A DNA stretch of 64,000 nucleotides from Escherichia coli (GCF_003018255.1 NZ_CP027440.1), one strand, 5' to 3'; shown: positions 1 to 11,650, counted from the stretch's first letter. Numbers and translations are program-made. The notes: generated by a model from the letters alone, not told the origin.

Positions 1-1277
1 TTAACCAATGGCAGCTGGCGCTGGATAAAGGTCAATTGCCTACGTTTGTTGTAGGATTGGCACCGCAGCATCCGCAATATGCGGCGATGCATGAATCGTT
101 ACTGGCCTTACTCAGTGACACCAAACCGTGGCCCCAACTGACCGGCAAAGCAACGTTGCGCCCAGGACAGTGGAGTAACGACGTACCGGCGTTGCGCGAA
201 ATATTGCAACGTACAGGCATGTTGGACGGGGGACCGAAAATTACGCTACCTGGCGATGACACGCCAACTGACGCGGTAGTCAGCCCATCCGCTGTTACTA
301 TTGAAACAGCAGAAACTAAGCCGATGGACAAGCAAACTACGTCTCGTAGTAAACCTGCGCCTGTCGTTCGTGCCGCCTACGATAATGAACTGGTGGAAGC
401 CGTTAAACGTTTTCAGGCATGGCAAGGATTGGGGGCAGATGGTGCTATTGGCCCGGCAACGCGTGACTGGTTAAACGTAACGCCCGCCCAGCGTGCTGGC
501 GTGTTGGCACTCAACATCCAGCGATTGCGCTTGCTGCCAACAGAGCTTTCTACCGGGATCATGGTTAACATTCCAGCCTATTCGCTGGTCTACTATCAGA
601 ACGGCAATCAGGTGCTGGATTCGCGAGTCATTGTCGGTCGCCCCGATCGCAAAACGCCGATGATGAGCAGTGCACTTAACAACGTAGTGGTAAACCCGCC
701 GTGGAACGTACCACCAACTCTGGCACGCAAAGATATTCTGCCGAAAGTGCGCAACGATCCGGGATATCTCGAAAGCCATGGCTATACGGTGATGCGCGGC
801 TGGAACAGCAGAGAAGCGATTGACCCATGGCAGGTTGACTGGTCTACAATCACGGCCTCGAATTTACCGTTCCGCTTCCAGCAGGCTCCAGGCCCACGGA
901 ACTCGCTGGGGCGCTATAAATTCAATATGCCGAGTTCAGAGGCCATTTATTTGCATGACACGCCGAACCACAATCTGTTCAAGCGTGATACACGCGCATT
1001 GAGCTCAGGCTGTGTACGAGTGAATAAAGCTTCCGATCTGGCGAATATGCTGTTGCAGGATGCAGGCTGGAATGACAAACGTATTTCTGATGCGCTGAAG
1101 CAGGGCGATACGCGTTACGTCAATATTCGGCAGTCGATTCCGGTGAATCTCTACTATCTGACGGCCTTTGTTGGTGCAGATGGTCGTACCCAGTATCGTA
1201 CAGATATTTACAATTATGATCTGCCTGCGCGATCCAGCTCGCAAATTGTATCGAAAGCGGAACAATTAATCAGGTAA
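1..1277 (+). CDS. ldtD: L,D-transpeptidase LdtD (YcbB), 5'-truncated by window edge; C-terminal ~425 codons present
   Basis: ORF track 36..1277 in frame from window start; recognised YcbB C-terminal sequence; gene order upstream of ycbK-ycbL-aspC. Confidence 0.88.
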   Translation, partial: NQWQLALDKGQLPTFVVGLAPQHPQYAAMHESLLALLSDTKPWPQLTGKATLRPGQWSNDVPALREILQRTGMLDGGPKITLPGDDTPTDAVVSPSAVTIETAETKPMDKQTTSRSKPAPVVRAAYDNELVEAVKRFQAWQGLGADGAIGPATRDWLNVTPAQRAGVLALNIQRLRLLPTELSTGIMVNIPAYSLVYYQNGNQVLDSRVIVGRPDRKTPMMSSALNNVVVNPPWNVPPTLARKDILPKVRNDPGYLESHGYTVMRGWNSREAIDPWQVDWSTITASNLPFRFQQAPGPRNSLGRYKFNMPSSEAIYLHDTPNHNLFKRDTRALSSGCVRVNKASDLANMLLQDAGWNDKRISDALKQGDTRYVNIRQSIPVNLYYLTAFVGADGRTQYRTDIYNYDLPARSSSQIVSKAEQLIR

Positions 1278-1457
1278 ATGAAGCAGTTCGGGGAAATCAG
1301 TTGTCGTAATAATTAGCATGATTGGGGGCAATTCTCTGCAGCCCCCGTCACTGCTGGGGTTGAGTCATCTTGACGTCTGCTTTACGGGCGGTTAAGGTGC
1401 CTCTTGTGCGCCAGAAGTGCATATAAACGATAACATTGACCTGTAGACTTGATTATC

Positions 1458-2006
1458 ATGGACAAATTCGACGCTAATCGCCGCAAATTGCTGGCGCTTG
1501 GTGGCGTTGCACTCGGTGCCGCCATCCTGCCGACCCCTGCGTTTGCAACACTCTCTACCCCACGCCCGCGCATTTTGACACTCAATAATCTTCATACCGG
1601 AGAGTCAATCAAAGCGGAGTTTTTCGATGGCAGAGGCTATATTCAGGAAGAATTGGCAAAACTTAACCATTTTTTCCGCGATTACCGCGCGAACAAAATA
1701 AAGTCCATCGACCCAGGATTATTCGACCAGTTGTATCGCCTGCAAGGGTTGTTAGGTACCCGCAAACCGGTGCAACTCATTTCCGGTTATCGTTCCATTG
1801 ATACCAACAATGAACTACGCGCCCGCAGCCGTGGAGTAGCGAAGAAAAGCTATCACACGAAAGGGCAGGCGATGGATTTCCATATTGAAGGTATCGCGTT
1901 AAGCAATATTCGCAAAGCCGCGTTATCTATGCGCGCAGGTGGTGTAGGATATTACCCACGTAGTAACTTTGTGCATATTGATACCGGGCCAGCACGGCAC
2001 TGGTAG
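1458..2006 (+). CDS. mepK: peptidoglycan L,D-endopeptidase MepK (YcbK), Tat-exported
   Basis: ATG at 1458 (MDKFDANRRKLLALGG..., twin-arginine signal); ORF track 1449..2006; sequence recognised. Confidence 0.9.
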   Translation: MDKFDANRRKLLALGGVALGAAILPTPAFATLSTPRPRILTLNNLHTGESIKAEFFDGRGYIQEELAKLNHFFRDYRANKIKSIDPGLFDQLYRLQGLLGTRKPVQLISGYRSIDTNNELRARSRGVAKKSYHTKGQAMDFHIEGIALSNIRKAALSMRAGGVGYYPRSNFVHIDTGPARHW

Positions 2007-2032
2007 CAATTGCTTAACGAAACAGGGGCAGT

Positions 2033-2680
2033 ATGAACTATCGTATTATTCCGGTCACCGCATTCTCCCAGAACTGTTCATTGATCTGGTGTGAACAAAC
2101 CCGCCTGGCCGCACTGGTCGATCCTGGCGGCGATGCGGAAAAAATCAAACAGGAAGTTGACGCCAGCGGCCTGACACTGATGCAGATCCTGCTGACGCAT
2201 GGTCATCTGGACCACGTTGGTGCAGCGGCGGAACTGGCGCAACATTACGGCGTGCCGGTTTTTGGCCCGGAAAAAGAAGATGAGTTCTGGCTGCAAGGCT
2301 TGCCTGCGCAAAGTCGTATGTTTGGTCTGGAAGAGTGCCAGCCGCTGACGCCGGATCGTTGGCTGAACGAAGGCGATACCATCAGCATAGGGAATGTGGC
2401 TTTACAGGTGTTACATTGCCCTGGGCATACGCCGGGTCATGTCGTGTTTTTTGATGATCGGGCAAAGCTGCTGATTTCTGGCGACGTTATTTTCAAAGGC
2501 GGAGTAGGGCGCAGTGACTTCCCGCGTGGCGATCATAATCAACTGATTTCTTCAATCAAAGATAAGTTGCTGCCACTGGGGGATGACGTGACATTTATTC
2601 CGGGTCACGGACCATTATCCACACTTGGTTATGAGCGCCTGCATAATCCCTTCCTGCAAGACGAAATGCCCGTCTGGTAA
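2033..2680 (+). CDS. gloC: metallo-beta-lactamase fold hydrolase GloC (YcbL), glyoxalase II-like
   Basis: 215 aa ORF; HxHxDH metal motif ([10 protein letters not shown]) visible. Confidence 0.9.
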   Translation: MNYRIIPVTAFSQNCSLIWCEQTRLAALVDPGGDAEKIKQEVDASGLTLMQILLTHGHLDHVGAAAELAQHYGVPVFGPEKEDEFWLQGLPAQSRMFGLEECQPLTPDRWLNEGDTISIGNVALQVLHCPGHTPGHVVFFDDRAKLLISGDVIFKGGVGRSDFPRGDHNQLISSIKDKLLPLGDDVTFIPGHGPLSTLGYERLHNPFLQDEMPVW

Positions 2681-2688
2681 AGGCGCAT

Positions 2689-2722
2689 AAAAAAGCCCGC
2701 TTTTTAAGCGGGCTTCATTGTT
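2689..2722. terminator. bidirectional rho-independent terminator between convergent ycbL and aspC
   Basis: GC stem aaaaagcccgc/tttttaagcgggctt flanked by A-run and T-run. Confidence 0.7.
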
Positions 2723-2730
2723 TTTAACGC

Positions 2731-3921
2731 TTACAGCACTGCCACAATCGCTTCGCACAGCGGAGCCATATTATCTGGTGTCATCCCGGCCACGTTTACG
2801 CGACCAGAAGCAACAGCATATACGCCAAACTCTTCGCGCAGACGCAGCACTTGTTCTTTTGTCAGGCCACTGAAGGAGAACATGCCGTTCTGTTTGATGA
2901 TAAAGCTGAAGTCGCGATTTGCGCCTTTTTCCTGCAGCGTATTGACGAACAACTGACGCATACGCTGAATACGCTGGCGCATATCAGTCAGTTCTTGTTC
3001 CCAAATCGCACGTAACGCATCGTTGCTCAGGATGGTGGCAACAACAGAAGCGCCGTGTGCTGGTGGGTTAGAGTAGTTAGCGCGAATCGCCGCTTTCATT
3101 TGGCTGAATGCGCGATCAATGGTTTCACTGTCAGCAGCAACCAGAGTACAAGCGCCAACACGCTCGTTGTACAGGCCAAAGTTTTTAGAGTAGGAACTGG
3201 CAACAATCAGCTCTTTATGCATAGCCGCGAAAGCGCGCAGTCCTTCAGCATCTTCTTCCAGACCACGGGCAAACCCCTGGTAAGCGAAGTCAAACAGCGG
3301 TAACCAGCCTTTCTCAACGGAAAGTTGTGCCAGTGTCTGCCATTGTTCCAGCGTAGGGTCGATACCGGTTGGGTTATGGCAGCAGCCATGGAACAGCACC
3401 ACGTCGCCAGCCTGAGCTTCGTTCAGGCTGTTAATCAGTGCATCGAAGTCAAGGGTGTGATTTTCCGCATCATAATAAGCGTATTCACGAACTTCCAGAC
3501 CTGCAGAGTTAAAGACGCTCTTATGGTTCGGCCAGCTTGGGTTGCTCACCCACACACGCTTAACGCTGGTATTTTTTGCCAGGAAATCGGCAGCCACGCG
3601 TAGTGCGCCAGTGCCACCCGGAGTCTGTGCCGTGCGAGCACGTTTGTCATTGATCAGGGCGCTACCTTTACCAAACAGCAGTTCCTGAGTGCAGCGACCA
3701 AATTCAGGGATGCCGTCAATGCCGAGGTAATTTTTGGTGGTTTCATTTTCGAGCAGATACTGTTCAGCCTTTTTCACACTGGTCAGTACCGGGGTTTTGC
3801 CCGTCTCATCTTTATAGACACCAATCCCGAGGTTAATTTTGCCGGGACGTTCATCGGCACGAAACAGATCGGCCAGGCCCAGAATCGGGTCGGCAGGAGC
3901 GGCGGTAATGTTCTCAAACAT
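2731..3921 (-). CDS. aspC: aspartate aminotransferase
   Basis: 396 aa; [17 protein letters not shown]-terminus and [12 protein letters not shown]-lysine motif. Confidence 0.97.
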   Translation of the reverse strand: MFENITAAPADPILGLADLFRADERPGKINLGIGVYKDETGKTPVLTSVKKAEQYLLENETTKNYLGIDGIPEFGRCTQELLFGKGSALINDKRARTAQTPGGTGALRVAADFLAKNTSVKRVWVSNPSWPNHKSVFNSAGLEVREYAYYDAENHTLDFDALINSLNEAQAGDVVLFHGCCHNPTGIDPTLEQWQTLAQLSVEKGWLPLFDFAYQGFARGLEEDAEGLRAFAAMHKELIVASSYSKNFGLYNERVGACTLVAADSETIDRAFSQMKAAIRANYSNPPAHGASVVATILSNDALRAIWEQELTDMRQRIQRMRQLFVNTLQEKGANRDFSFIIKQNGMFSFSGLTKEQVLRLREEFGVYAVASGRVNVAGMTPDNMAPLCEAIVAVL

Positions 3922-4050
3922 GACGAGGTTCCATTATGGTTACAGAAGGGAAGTCCGCTATCAGGGTAACGGGAGATTTACAAAATTCCAACTATTACTG
4001 ATGAAAACGCAGGCTGTTTTTGCAAGACGTGAGATTGCTCTGGAAGGCAT

Positions 4051-4083
4051 AAAAAAAACAGGACCAAAGTCCTGTTTTTTCGG
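4051..4083 (-). terminator. rho-independent terminator of ompF
   Basis: hairpin caggac-caaa-gtcctg with flanking A8/T6 runs immediately 3' of ompF stop. Confidence 0.75.
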
Positions 4084-4105
4084 CATTTAACAAAGAGGTG
4101 TGCTA

Positions 4106-5194
4106 TTAGAACTGGTAAACGATACCCACAGCAACGGTGTCGTCAGAACCTACGCCCAGTTTGTTGTCAGAATCGATCTGGTTGATGATGTAGTCAACAT
4201 AGGTGGACATGTTTTTGTTGAAGTAGTAGGTTGCGCCCACTTCAAAGTAGTTAACCAGATCAACATCACCGATACCTTCTACGTCTTTCGCTTTAGATTT
4301 GGTGTAAGCGATGGACGGACGCAGACCGAAATCGAACTGGTATTGCGCAACTAACAGAACGTCTTGCGTTTTGTTGGCGAAGCCGCTGATGTTTGTAAAT
4401 TTATTAGTGATCGGCGTAGCGTTACGGGTTTCACCGTAGTTCGCTGCCAGGTAGATGTTGTTCGCGTCATACTTCAGACCAGTAGCCCACTGTTCAGCTT
4501 TTTTACCGTTGCCAAGAGGTTGAGCTTCTTGCAGGTTGGTACGGTCAGCGGCGCCATAAGCACCAACGATACCAAAGCCTTCGTATTCGTAGCTGATAGA
4601 ACCGCCAACACCGTCGCCGTTAGAGCGGCGTGCAGTGTCACGCTCGTTTTTACCCAGGTACTGAACAGCGAAGTTCAGGCCATCAACCAGACCAAAGAAG
4701 TTGGAGTTACGATAGGTAGCAACGCCGCCAACACGACCAACGAAGAAGTCATCGCTGTATGCCGTGTCACCGCCAAACTCAGGCAGCATATCGGTGTAAC
4801 CCAGTGCATCATAAACCACACCGTAGTTACGGCCGTAATCGAAAGAACCAACGTCAGCGTATTTAAGACCCGCGAATGCCAGACGCGTTTTGTTACCAGT
4901 TTGAGCGTCAGCGCCTTCAGAGTTGTTACCCTGGAAGTTATATTCCCACTGACCATAACCGGTCAGATCGGAATTGATTTGAGTTTCCCCTTTAAAACCA
5001 AGACGGGCATAGGTCATGTCACCATTGCCACCGTAACTGTTTTCACCGTTACCCTTGGAGAAATAATGCAGACCGACAGCTTTACCGTACAGATCTACTT
5101 TGTTGCCATCTTTGTTATAGATTTCTGCAGCGTTTGCAGTACCTGCTACTAACAGAGCAGGGACGATCACTGCCAGAATATTGCGCTTCATCAT
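4106..5194 (-). CDS. ompF: outer membrane porin F
   Basis: 362 aa; [32 protein letters not shown] signal plus mature N-terminus; C-terminal ...VGIVYQF. Confidence 0.97.
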   Translation of the reverse strand: MMKRNILAVIVPALLVAGTANAAEIYNKDGNKVDLYGKAVGLHYFSKGNGENSYGGNGDMTYARLGFKGETQINSDLTGYGQWEYNFQGNNSEGADAQTGNKTRLAFAGLKYADVGSFDYGRNYGVVYDALGYTDMLPEFGGDTAYSDDFFVGRVGGVATYRNSNFFGLVDGLNFAVQYLGKNERDTARRSNGDGVGGSISYEYEGFGIVGAYGAADRTNLQEAQPLGNGKKAEQWATGLKYDANNIYLAANYGETRNATPITNKFTNISGFANKTQDVLLVAQYQFDFGLRPSIAYTKSKAKDVEGIGDVDLVNYFEVGATYYFNKNMSTYVDYIINQIDSDNKLGVGSDDTVAVGIVYQF

Positions 5195-5338
5195 TATTTA
5201 TTACCCTCATGGTTTTTTTATGACACCTGCCACTGCCGTCAATAAGTTCTGTCAATAAAAATTTACGGAACTATTGATGAGAGTTTGGTGTCTTTATGTG
5301 TCTGCAGGCATCTTTCCATTCAAACTAACGTTTCGCTA

Positions 5339-5403
5339 CCGTGAAAGTGCTACAAAGATAAAGATTTGGTTTCAAAAAGAAAAAATATGTAACCAAAAGT
5401 AAA
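5339..5403 (-). promoter_or_regulatory. OmpR binding sites F1-F3 of the ompF promoter
   Basis: reverse complement reads tttacttttggttacatattttttctttttgaaaccaaatctttatctttgtagcactttcacgg, matching the OmpR-box array as I recall it. Confidence 0.65.
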
Positions 5404-5753
5404 ATTTAAGGAACTTTGTGAACATCGTCATATTTCCATATAGGCGTGATGATATTTACAGCAATTTTTATCTATTTATATGATTTCCTTATATTTAAAT
5501 TAACTAAACGGAAATTTTGTTTCTGATGGAAACTTTATCGACCTGGCACAAAATCCTCTTTCAGACATCCAGAATGCCAAAAAATAGTATGAAAATTGTG
5601 CTATCAGCTAAGAAAAAACTAATCCGCAATAAGAATGCGGGTTATTTTTTGTGCGTAAATGTTGCAATGTAATATTCCGTAACAGGATGATCGTTATGGC
5701 GGGGTTGCAAATAGATTGCTTGACTTAACAAACAGATAACTTGACAGAAAGGA

Positions 5754-5782
5754 TAAAAAAAGAGCCAGCGGGTGCTGGCTCT
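5754..5782 (-). terminator. rho-independent terminator of asnS
   Basis: stem agagccagc-ggg-tgctggctct; A-run on plus strand gives T-run on coding strand. Confidence 0.7.
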
Positions 5783-5795
5783 TGAAGACGCTAAA

Positions 5796-7196
5796 TTAGA
5801 AGCTGGCGTTACGCGGAGTACGTGGGAACGGAATCACATCACGCACGTTTTGCACACCAGTTACGTAAGCAATCAGGCGTTCAAAACCAAGACCGAAACC
5901 TGAATGCGGAACAGTACCGTAGCGACGCAGATCGCGATACCACCAGTAATCTTCTTTATTCAGGCCCATTTCCAGCATACGCTCGTCCAGCACGTCCAGA
6001 CGTTCTTCACGCTGGGAGCCACCAATGATCTCACCGATGCCCGGAGCCAGAACGTCCATAGCCGCAACGGTTTTACCGTCTTCGTTAAGGCGCATATAGA
6101 ACGCTTTAATATCTTTCGGATAGTTTTTAACCACTACCGGTGCTTTAAAGTGTTCTTCCGCCAGATAACGCTCATGCTCAGAAGAGAGATCGACGCCCCA
6201 GTAAACCGGGTTTTCAAACTTCCTGCCGCAGTTTTCGAGAATGGTCACTGCGTCGGTGTAATCCACCTGCGCGAAATCGGCCTCAATGAAGCGTTCCAGA
6301 CGTGAAACGGCATCTTTATCTACGCGTTCAGCGAAGAATTTCATGTCGTCAGCGCGTTCTTCGAGAACCGCTTTGAAGACATATTTCAGCATGGCTTCAG
6401 CCAGACCCGCGATATCGTTCAGGTTAGCAAACGCCACTTCCGGCTCCAGCATCCAGAATTCCGCCAGGTGACGGCTGGTGTTGGAGTTTTCAGCACGGAA
6501 AGTCGGGCCGAAGGTATAAATTTTGGACAATGCGCAAGCGTAGGTTTCGCCGTTCAACTGGCCAGATACGGTCAGGAAAGACTCTTTACCAAAGAAGTCT
6601 TTGTCGAAATCCACTTTGCCCTGATCGTTACGCGGCAGATTTTCCAGATCCAGCGTAGAAACACGGAACATTTCGCCTGCACCTTCGGTATCAGATGCGG
6701 TAATCAGTGGCGTTGAAACCCAGAAAAATCCCTGCTCGTTAAAGAAGCGATGCAGCGCCTGCGCCAGCGTATGGCGAACGCGCGCGACGGCACCAATCAG
6801 GTTTGTGCGCGGACGCAGGTGAGCGACTTCACGCAGATACTCAATGCTGTGGCGTTTTGCCGCCATCGGGTAAGTGTCTGGATCTTCAACCCAACCAGCA
6901 ACTTCAACCTTGCTGGCCTGAATTTCAAATTGTTGCCCCTGGCCCGGCGACGCCACGACTTTACCCGTCACAATGACCGAGCAGCCGGTGGTCAGACGCA
7001 AGACGTCTTCATTGTAATTGGGCAGAGAATTATTGATGACAGCCTGTACAGGATCAAAGCAGGAACCGTCATAAACGGCGAGGAAGGAGATGCCAGCTTT
7101 TGAATCTCGGCGGGTACGTACCCATCCGCGCACGGTGACTTCGCTGTCAACGGCTACGCGGCCCTGGAGTACGTCGGCTACAGGCACAACGCTCAT
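5796..7196 (-). CDS. asnS: asparaginyl-tRNA synthetase
   Basis: ORF track 5796..7241; start placed at internal ATG giving [20 protein letters not shown]...; class II aaRS sequence recognised. Confidence 0.95.
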
Positions 7197-7332
7197 AATA
7201 TTCTCTCTGTTAATAGTCGGAAAAAATAAACACTTGTCCACCCGTAAATGGGGGGATACCTATGTTACCTGGCATCTGCAATCAGACAAGCAGAATTCGC
7301 AAATGCAGCGAAAGATTTCGGAATTAAAGGTA

Positions 7333-7358
7333 AAAAAAGGGAGCCGATTAGCTCCCTG
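7333..7358 (-). terminator. rho-independent terminator of pncB
   Basis: stem gggagc-cgatta-gctccc with adjacent A-run (T-run on minus strand) just 3' of pncB stop. Confidence 0.6.
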
Positions 7359-7364
7359 ATGATA

Positions 7365-8567
7365 TTAACTGGCTTTTTTAATATGCGGAAGGTCGAACGC
7401 TTTGCGTAGCGCCCGAACAAACGCTTTATCGTGGCAGATAGTTTTGCCTGGGCTGTCAGAAAGTTTCGCCACTGGTTTACCGTTACACTCTACCAACTTA
7501 ATGACAATATTCAGGGGTTTTACCTGGGGGATATCGCAGGTCAGGCGAGTCCCAATACCAAAACTTAATTGCACGCGGGAAGAGAAGTGGCGGTATAGCT
7601 CAACCGCTTTGCGTAAATCCAGATTGTCAGAGAAAACCAGCGTTTTACTCTGTGGATCAATTCCCAGCTTTTCATAATGTGCAATGGCTTTTTCACCCCA
7701 TTCAACCGGGTCACCAGAGTCATGGCGCAGGCCCTGATAGCGACTGGCGAACTCGACACCGAAATCTCGCAGGAAAGCATCCATAGTGATGCAGTCGGTT
7801 AACGCAATGCCAAGTTGGTCGGGATACTCTTCCAGCCAGGCAGCAAGTGCAGCTCGCTGGCTGTTGGCTAGATCCGGGCTGATTTGCTGATGCGCCTGGA
7901 ACCATTCGTGTGCCTGTGTTCCCATCGGCGTGAGGGAAAGCCGACGCGCCAGATCGTAGTTGCTGGTGCCCACGAACCAGGATTCCTGTTGCAGACGTTT
8001 CACGATGGTTTCTTGTACTTCACGAGAAAAACGTCGGCGGGTGCCAAAATCCATCAGATGGAAGCGCGACATATCAAGACCGGCGGTTAATGCCGAGAAG
8101 TCGGCTAATTTGCTTTCCAGCGTGTCGAGGGCTTGCGCAACGTCGGCCTGCGGTGAGCGATAGCGATGTACCATTTCACTGATAACCGCCAGCAAAGGAA
8201 CTTCCCAGAGGATGACTTCACGCCACGGGCCGCTTAAACGAATATCCAGCTTGCCATTATCGTTGGACACGGTGACTTGTTCCGGGTTAAAGCGGAACTC
8301 GCGTAGCCAGTTAAGATAGTCGGCCTTAAAGAAAGGCAGGGCAGAGAGCCACTGATATTCATCATCCTGCAGGCGCAGGTACTGCATCGCCTGAACCTGT
8401 TCACGAATAGCATCGGCATAAATACCCAGCAGATCGTCACCTCGGCAACGAAACTCCGCCGCGACATGCACATCGTAATAGTGATGAAACACGGCTTGCT
8501 GCATATGCAACTTATAAGCATCTGTATCCAGCAACGAGTGCAGAACAGGAGAAGCGAATTGTGTCAT
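7365..8567 (-). CDS. pncB: nicotinate phosphoribosyltransferase
   Basis: ORF track 7365..8615; start at ATG giving [20 protein letters not shown]. Confidence 0.95.
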   Translation of the reverse strand: MTQFASPVLHSLLDTDAYKLHMQQAVFHHYYDVHVAAEFRCRGDDLLGIYADAIREQVQAMQYLRLQDDEYQWLSALPFFKADYLNWLREFRFNPEQVTVSNDNGKLDIRLSGPWREVILWEVPLLAVISEMVHRYRSPQADVAQALDTLESKLADFSALTAGLDMSRFHLMDFGTRRRFSREVQETIVKRLQQESWFVGTSNYDLARRLSLTPMGTQAHEWFQAHQQISPDLANSQRAALAAWLEEYPDQLGIALTDCITMDAFLRDFGVEFASRYQGLRHDSGDPVEWGEKAIAHYEKLGIDPQSKTLVFSDNLDLRKAVELYRHFSSRVQLSFGIGTRLTCDIPQVKPLNIVIKLVECNGKPVAKLSDSPGKTICHDKAFVRALRKAFDLPHIKKAS

Positions 8568-8596
8568 AGGTGCGCAGTAGCGTCCTCGTACAGGAG

Positions 8597-8614
8597 CGTT
8601 TAGTACAATAAACA
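8597..8614. promoter_or_regulatory. putative NadR operator (NAD box) in pncB promoter
   Basis: inverted repeat cGTTTA-N6-TAAACA about 30 bp upstream of pncB start; resembles TGTTTA-N6-TAAACA. Confidence 0.5.
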
Positions 8615-8832
8615 TCTTCAGGAACTGCTGGAGTATACCTTGTTTCGCAATTTATTGAACCCCGATCACACCATATGCCACCTTTCTGGTCGATGGCATT
8701 ACGCGGTGTATGTTATAAAAATGTAGCAATAAAGGCGTTTGTACCTGAAAAGATGAAGATTCTGCATAGCGCGATTTACGCAACAGGAATAGACTGAACA
8801 CCAGACTCTATAAAAGATGCTAAAGGTTATTT

Positions 8833-11445
8833 ATGACTCAACAGCCACAAGCCAAATACCGTCACGATTATCGTGCGCCGGATTACCAGATTACTGATAT
8901 TGACTTGACCTTTGACCTGGACGCGCAAAAGACGGTCGTTACCGCGGTCAGCCAGGCTGTCCGTCATGGTGCATCAGATGTTCCGCTTCGTCTCAACGGC
9001 GAAGACCTCAAACTGGTTTCTGTTTATATTAATGATGAGCCGTGGACCGCCTGGAAAGAAGAAGAGGGCGCACTGGTCATCAGTAATTTGCCGGAGCGTT
9101 TTACGCTTAAGATCGTTAATGAAATTAGCCCGGCGGCGAATACTGCGCTGGAAGGGCTTTATCAGTCAGGCGATGCGCTTTGCACCCAGTGTGAAGCCGA
9201 AGGTTTCCGCCATATTACGTATTATCTCGACCGCCCGGATGTGCTGGCGCGTTTTACCACCAAAATTATTGCCGATAAAACCAAATATCCCTTCCTGCTT
9301 TCCAACGGTAACCGCGTTGCGCAAGGTGAACTGGAAAATGGACGTCATTGGGTACGGTGGCAGGACCCGTTCCCGAAACCGTGCTACCTGTTTGCGCTGG
9401 TGGCAGGCGACTTTGATGTGCTGCGCGACACTTTCACCACGCGTTCTGGTCGCGAAGTAGCGCTGGAGCTGTATGTCGATCGTGGCAACCTTGATCGTGC
9501 GCCGTGGGCAATGACCTCGCTGAAAAACTCCATGAAATGGGATGAAGAACGCTTCGGCCTGGAGTATGACCTCGACATCTATATGATCGTCGCGGTGGAT
9601 TTCTTCAATATGGGCGCAATGGAGAATAAGGGGCTGAATATCTTTAACTCCAAATATGTGCTGGCCCGCACCGACACCGCCACCGACAAAGATTACCTCG
9701 ATATTGAACGCGTTATCGGCCATGAATATTTCCATAACTGGACCGGCAACCGTGTCACCTGTCGCGACTGGTTCCAGCTCAGTCTGAAAGAAGGTTTAAC
9801 CGTCTTCCGCGATCAGGAATTCAGCTCTGACCTTGGTTCCCGCGCGGTAAACCGTATCAATAATGTGCGCACCATGCGCGGATTGCAGTTTGCAGAAGAC
9901 GCCAGCCCGATGGCGCACCCAATTCGCCCGGATATGGTCATTGAAATGAACAACTTCTACACCCTGACCGTTTACGAGAAGGGCGCGGAAGTGATTCGTA
10001 TGATCCACACTCTGCTTGGCGAAGAAAACTTCCAGAAAGGGATGCAGCTCTATTTCGAGCGTCATGATGGTAGCGCAGCGACCTGTGACGACTTTGTGCA
10101 GGCGATGGAAGATGCGTCGAATGTCGATCTTTCCCATTTCCGCCGTTGGTACAGCCAATCCGGCACGCCGGTTGTGACTGTCAAAGACGACTACAATCCG
10201 GAAACTGAGCAGTACACCCTGACCATCAGCCAGCGCACGCCAGCTACGCCGGATCAGGCAGAAAAACAGCCGCTGCATATTCCGTTTGCCATCGAACTGT
10301 ATGATAACGAAGGCAAAGTGATCCCGTTGCAGAAAGGCGGTCATCCGGTGAATTCGGTGCTGAACGTCACCCAGGCTGAACAGACCTTTGTTTTTGATAA
10401 TGTCTACTTCCAGCCGGTGCCTGCGCTGCTGTGCGAATTCTCTGCGCCAGTGAAACTGGAATATAAGTGGAGCGATCAGCAACTGACCTTCCTGATGCGT
10501 CATGCGCGTAATGATTTCTCCCGTTGGGATGCGGCGCAAAGCCTGCTGGCAACCTACATCAAGCTAAACGTCGCCCGTCATCAGCAAGGGCAGCTGCTGT
10601 CTCTGCCGGTGCATGTGGCTGACGCTTTCCGCGCGGTGCTGCTCGATGAGAAGATTGATCCAGCGCTGGCGGCAGAAATCCTGACGCTGCCTTCTGTCAA
10701 TGAAATGGCTGAACTGTTCGATATCATCGACCCGATTGCTATTGCCGAAGTACGCGAAGCACTCACTCGTACTCTGGCGACTGAACTGGCGGATGAGCTA
10801 CTGGCTATTTACAACGCGAATTACCAGAGCGAGTACCGTGTTGAGCATGAAGATATTGCAAAACGCACTCTGCGTAATGCCTGCCTGCGCTTCCTTGCTT
10901 TTGGTGAAACGCATCTGGCTGACGTGCTGGTGAGCAAGCAATACCATGAAGCAAACAATATGACCGATGCGCTGGCAGCGCTTTCTGCGGCGGTTGCTGC
11001 ACAGCTGCCTTGCCGTGACGCGCTGATGCAGGAGTACGACGACAAGTGGCATCAGGATGGTCTGGTGATGGATAAATGGTTTATCCTGCAAGCCACCAGC
11101 CCGGCGGCGAATGTGCTGGAGACGGTGCGTGGCCTGTTGCAGCATCGCTCATTTACCATGAGCAACCCGAACCGTATTCGTTCGTTGATTGGTGCGTTTG
11201 CGGGCAGCAACCCGGCAGCGTTCCATGCCGAAGATGGCAGCGGTTACCAGTTCCTGGTGGAAATGCTTACCGACCTCAACAGCCGTAACCCGCAGGTGGC
11301 TTCACGCCTGATTGAGCCGCTGATTCGCCTGAAACGTTACGATGCCAAACGTCAGGAGAAAATGCGCGCGGCGCTGGAGCAGTTGAAAGGGCTGGAAAAT
11401 CTCTCTGGCGATCTGTACGAGAAGATAACTAAAGCACTGGCTTGA
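8833..11445 (+). CDS. pepN: aminopeptidase N (M1 family)
   Basis: 870 aa; GAMEN and HEYFHNWTGN zinc-binding motifs visible. Confidence 0.97.
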   Translation: MTQQPQAKYRHDYRAPDYQITDIDLTFDLDAQKTVVTAVSQAVRHGASDVPLRLNGEDLKLVSVYINDEPWTAWKEEEGALVISNLPERFTLKIVNEISPAANTALEGLYQSGDALCTQCEAEGFRHITYYLDRPDVLARFTTKIIADKTKYPFLLSNGNRVAQGELENGRHWVRWQDPFPKPCYLFALVAGDFDVLRDTFTTRSGREVALELYVDRGNLDRAPWAMTSLKNSMKWDEERFGLEYDLDIYMIVAVDFFNMGAMENKGLNIFNSKYVLARTDTATDKDYLDIERVIGHEYFHNWTGNRVTCRDWFQLSLKEGLTVFRDQEFSSDLGSRAVNRINNVRTMRGLQFAEDASPMAHPIRPDMVIEMNNFYTLTVYEKGAEVIRMIHTLLGEENFQKGMQLYFERHDGSAATCDDFVQAMEDASNVDLSHFRRWYSQSGTPVVTVKDDYNPETEQYTLTISQRTPATPDQAEKQPLHIPFAIELYDNEGKVIPLQKGGHPVNSVLNVTQAEQTFVFDNVYFQPVPALLCEFSAPVKLEYKWSDQQLTFLMRHARNDFSRWDAAQSLLATYIKLNVARHQQGQLLSLPVHVADAFRAVLLDEKIDPALAAEILTLPSVNEMAELFDIIDPIAIAEVREALTRTLATELADELLAIYNANYQSEYRVEHEDIAKRTLRNACLRFLAFGETHLADVLVSKQYHEANNMTDALAALSAAVAAQLPCRDALMQEYDDKWHQDGLVMDKWFILQATSPAANVLETVRGLLQHRSFTMSNPNRIRSLIGAFAGSNPAAFHAEDGSGYQFLVEMLTDLNSRNPQVASRLIEPLIRLKRYDAKRQEKMRAALEQLKGLENLSGDLYEKITKALA

Positions 11446-11460
11446 TACTTTTGAGCCAAA

Positions 11461-11612
11461 ATGCCGGATGCGACGCTTGACGCGTCTTATCAGGCCTACA
11501 AGTCCGTTGAAAATGCTGGTTTTGTAGGCTGGATAAGGCGTTCACGCCGCATCCGGCAGCCGTGCCCAAATGCCTGATGCGACGCTTGACGCGTCTTATC
11601 AGGCCTACAATC
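11461..11612. repeat. REP/BIME cluster (three REP units, alternating orientation)
   Basis: gccggatgcgacgcttgacgcgtcttatcaggcctaca at 11463-11500 and near-identical copy at 11572-11610; inverted REP gtaggctggataaggcgttcacgccgcatccggcagc at 11524-11560. Confidence 0.8.
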
Positions 11613-11650
11613 CGTTGAAACTGCTGGTTTTGTGTGCCACATCCGGCATA

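Noticed and set aside
4364-5152. 262-aa ORF on the + strand
   Set aside because: Lies entirely antisense to ompF, whose identity is unambiguous; no RBS; a typical shadow frame.
9166-9735. 189-aa ORF on the - strand (and 9796..10539, 247 aa)
   Set aside because: Both are antisense within pepN, which is intact and carries M1 peptidase motifs; frame-shadow artefacts.
11461-11612. Possible CRISPR array (repeated ~38-bp units)
   Set aside because: Only three units in mixed orientation, with REP palindrome sequence, no unique spacers of regular length and no cas genes anywhere in the window; these are REP/BIME elements.
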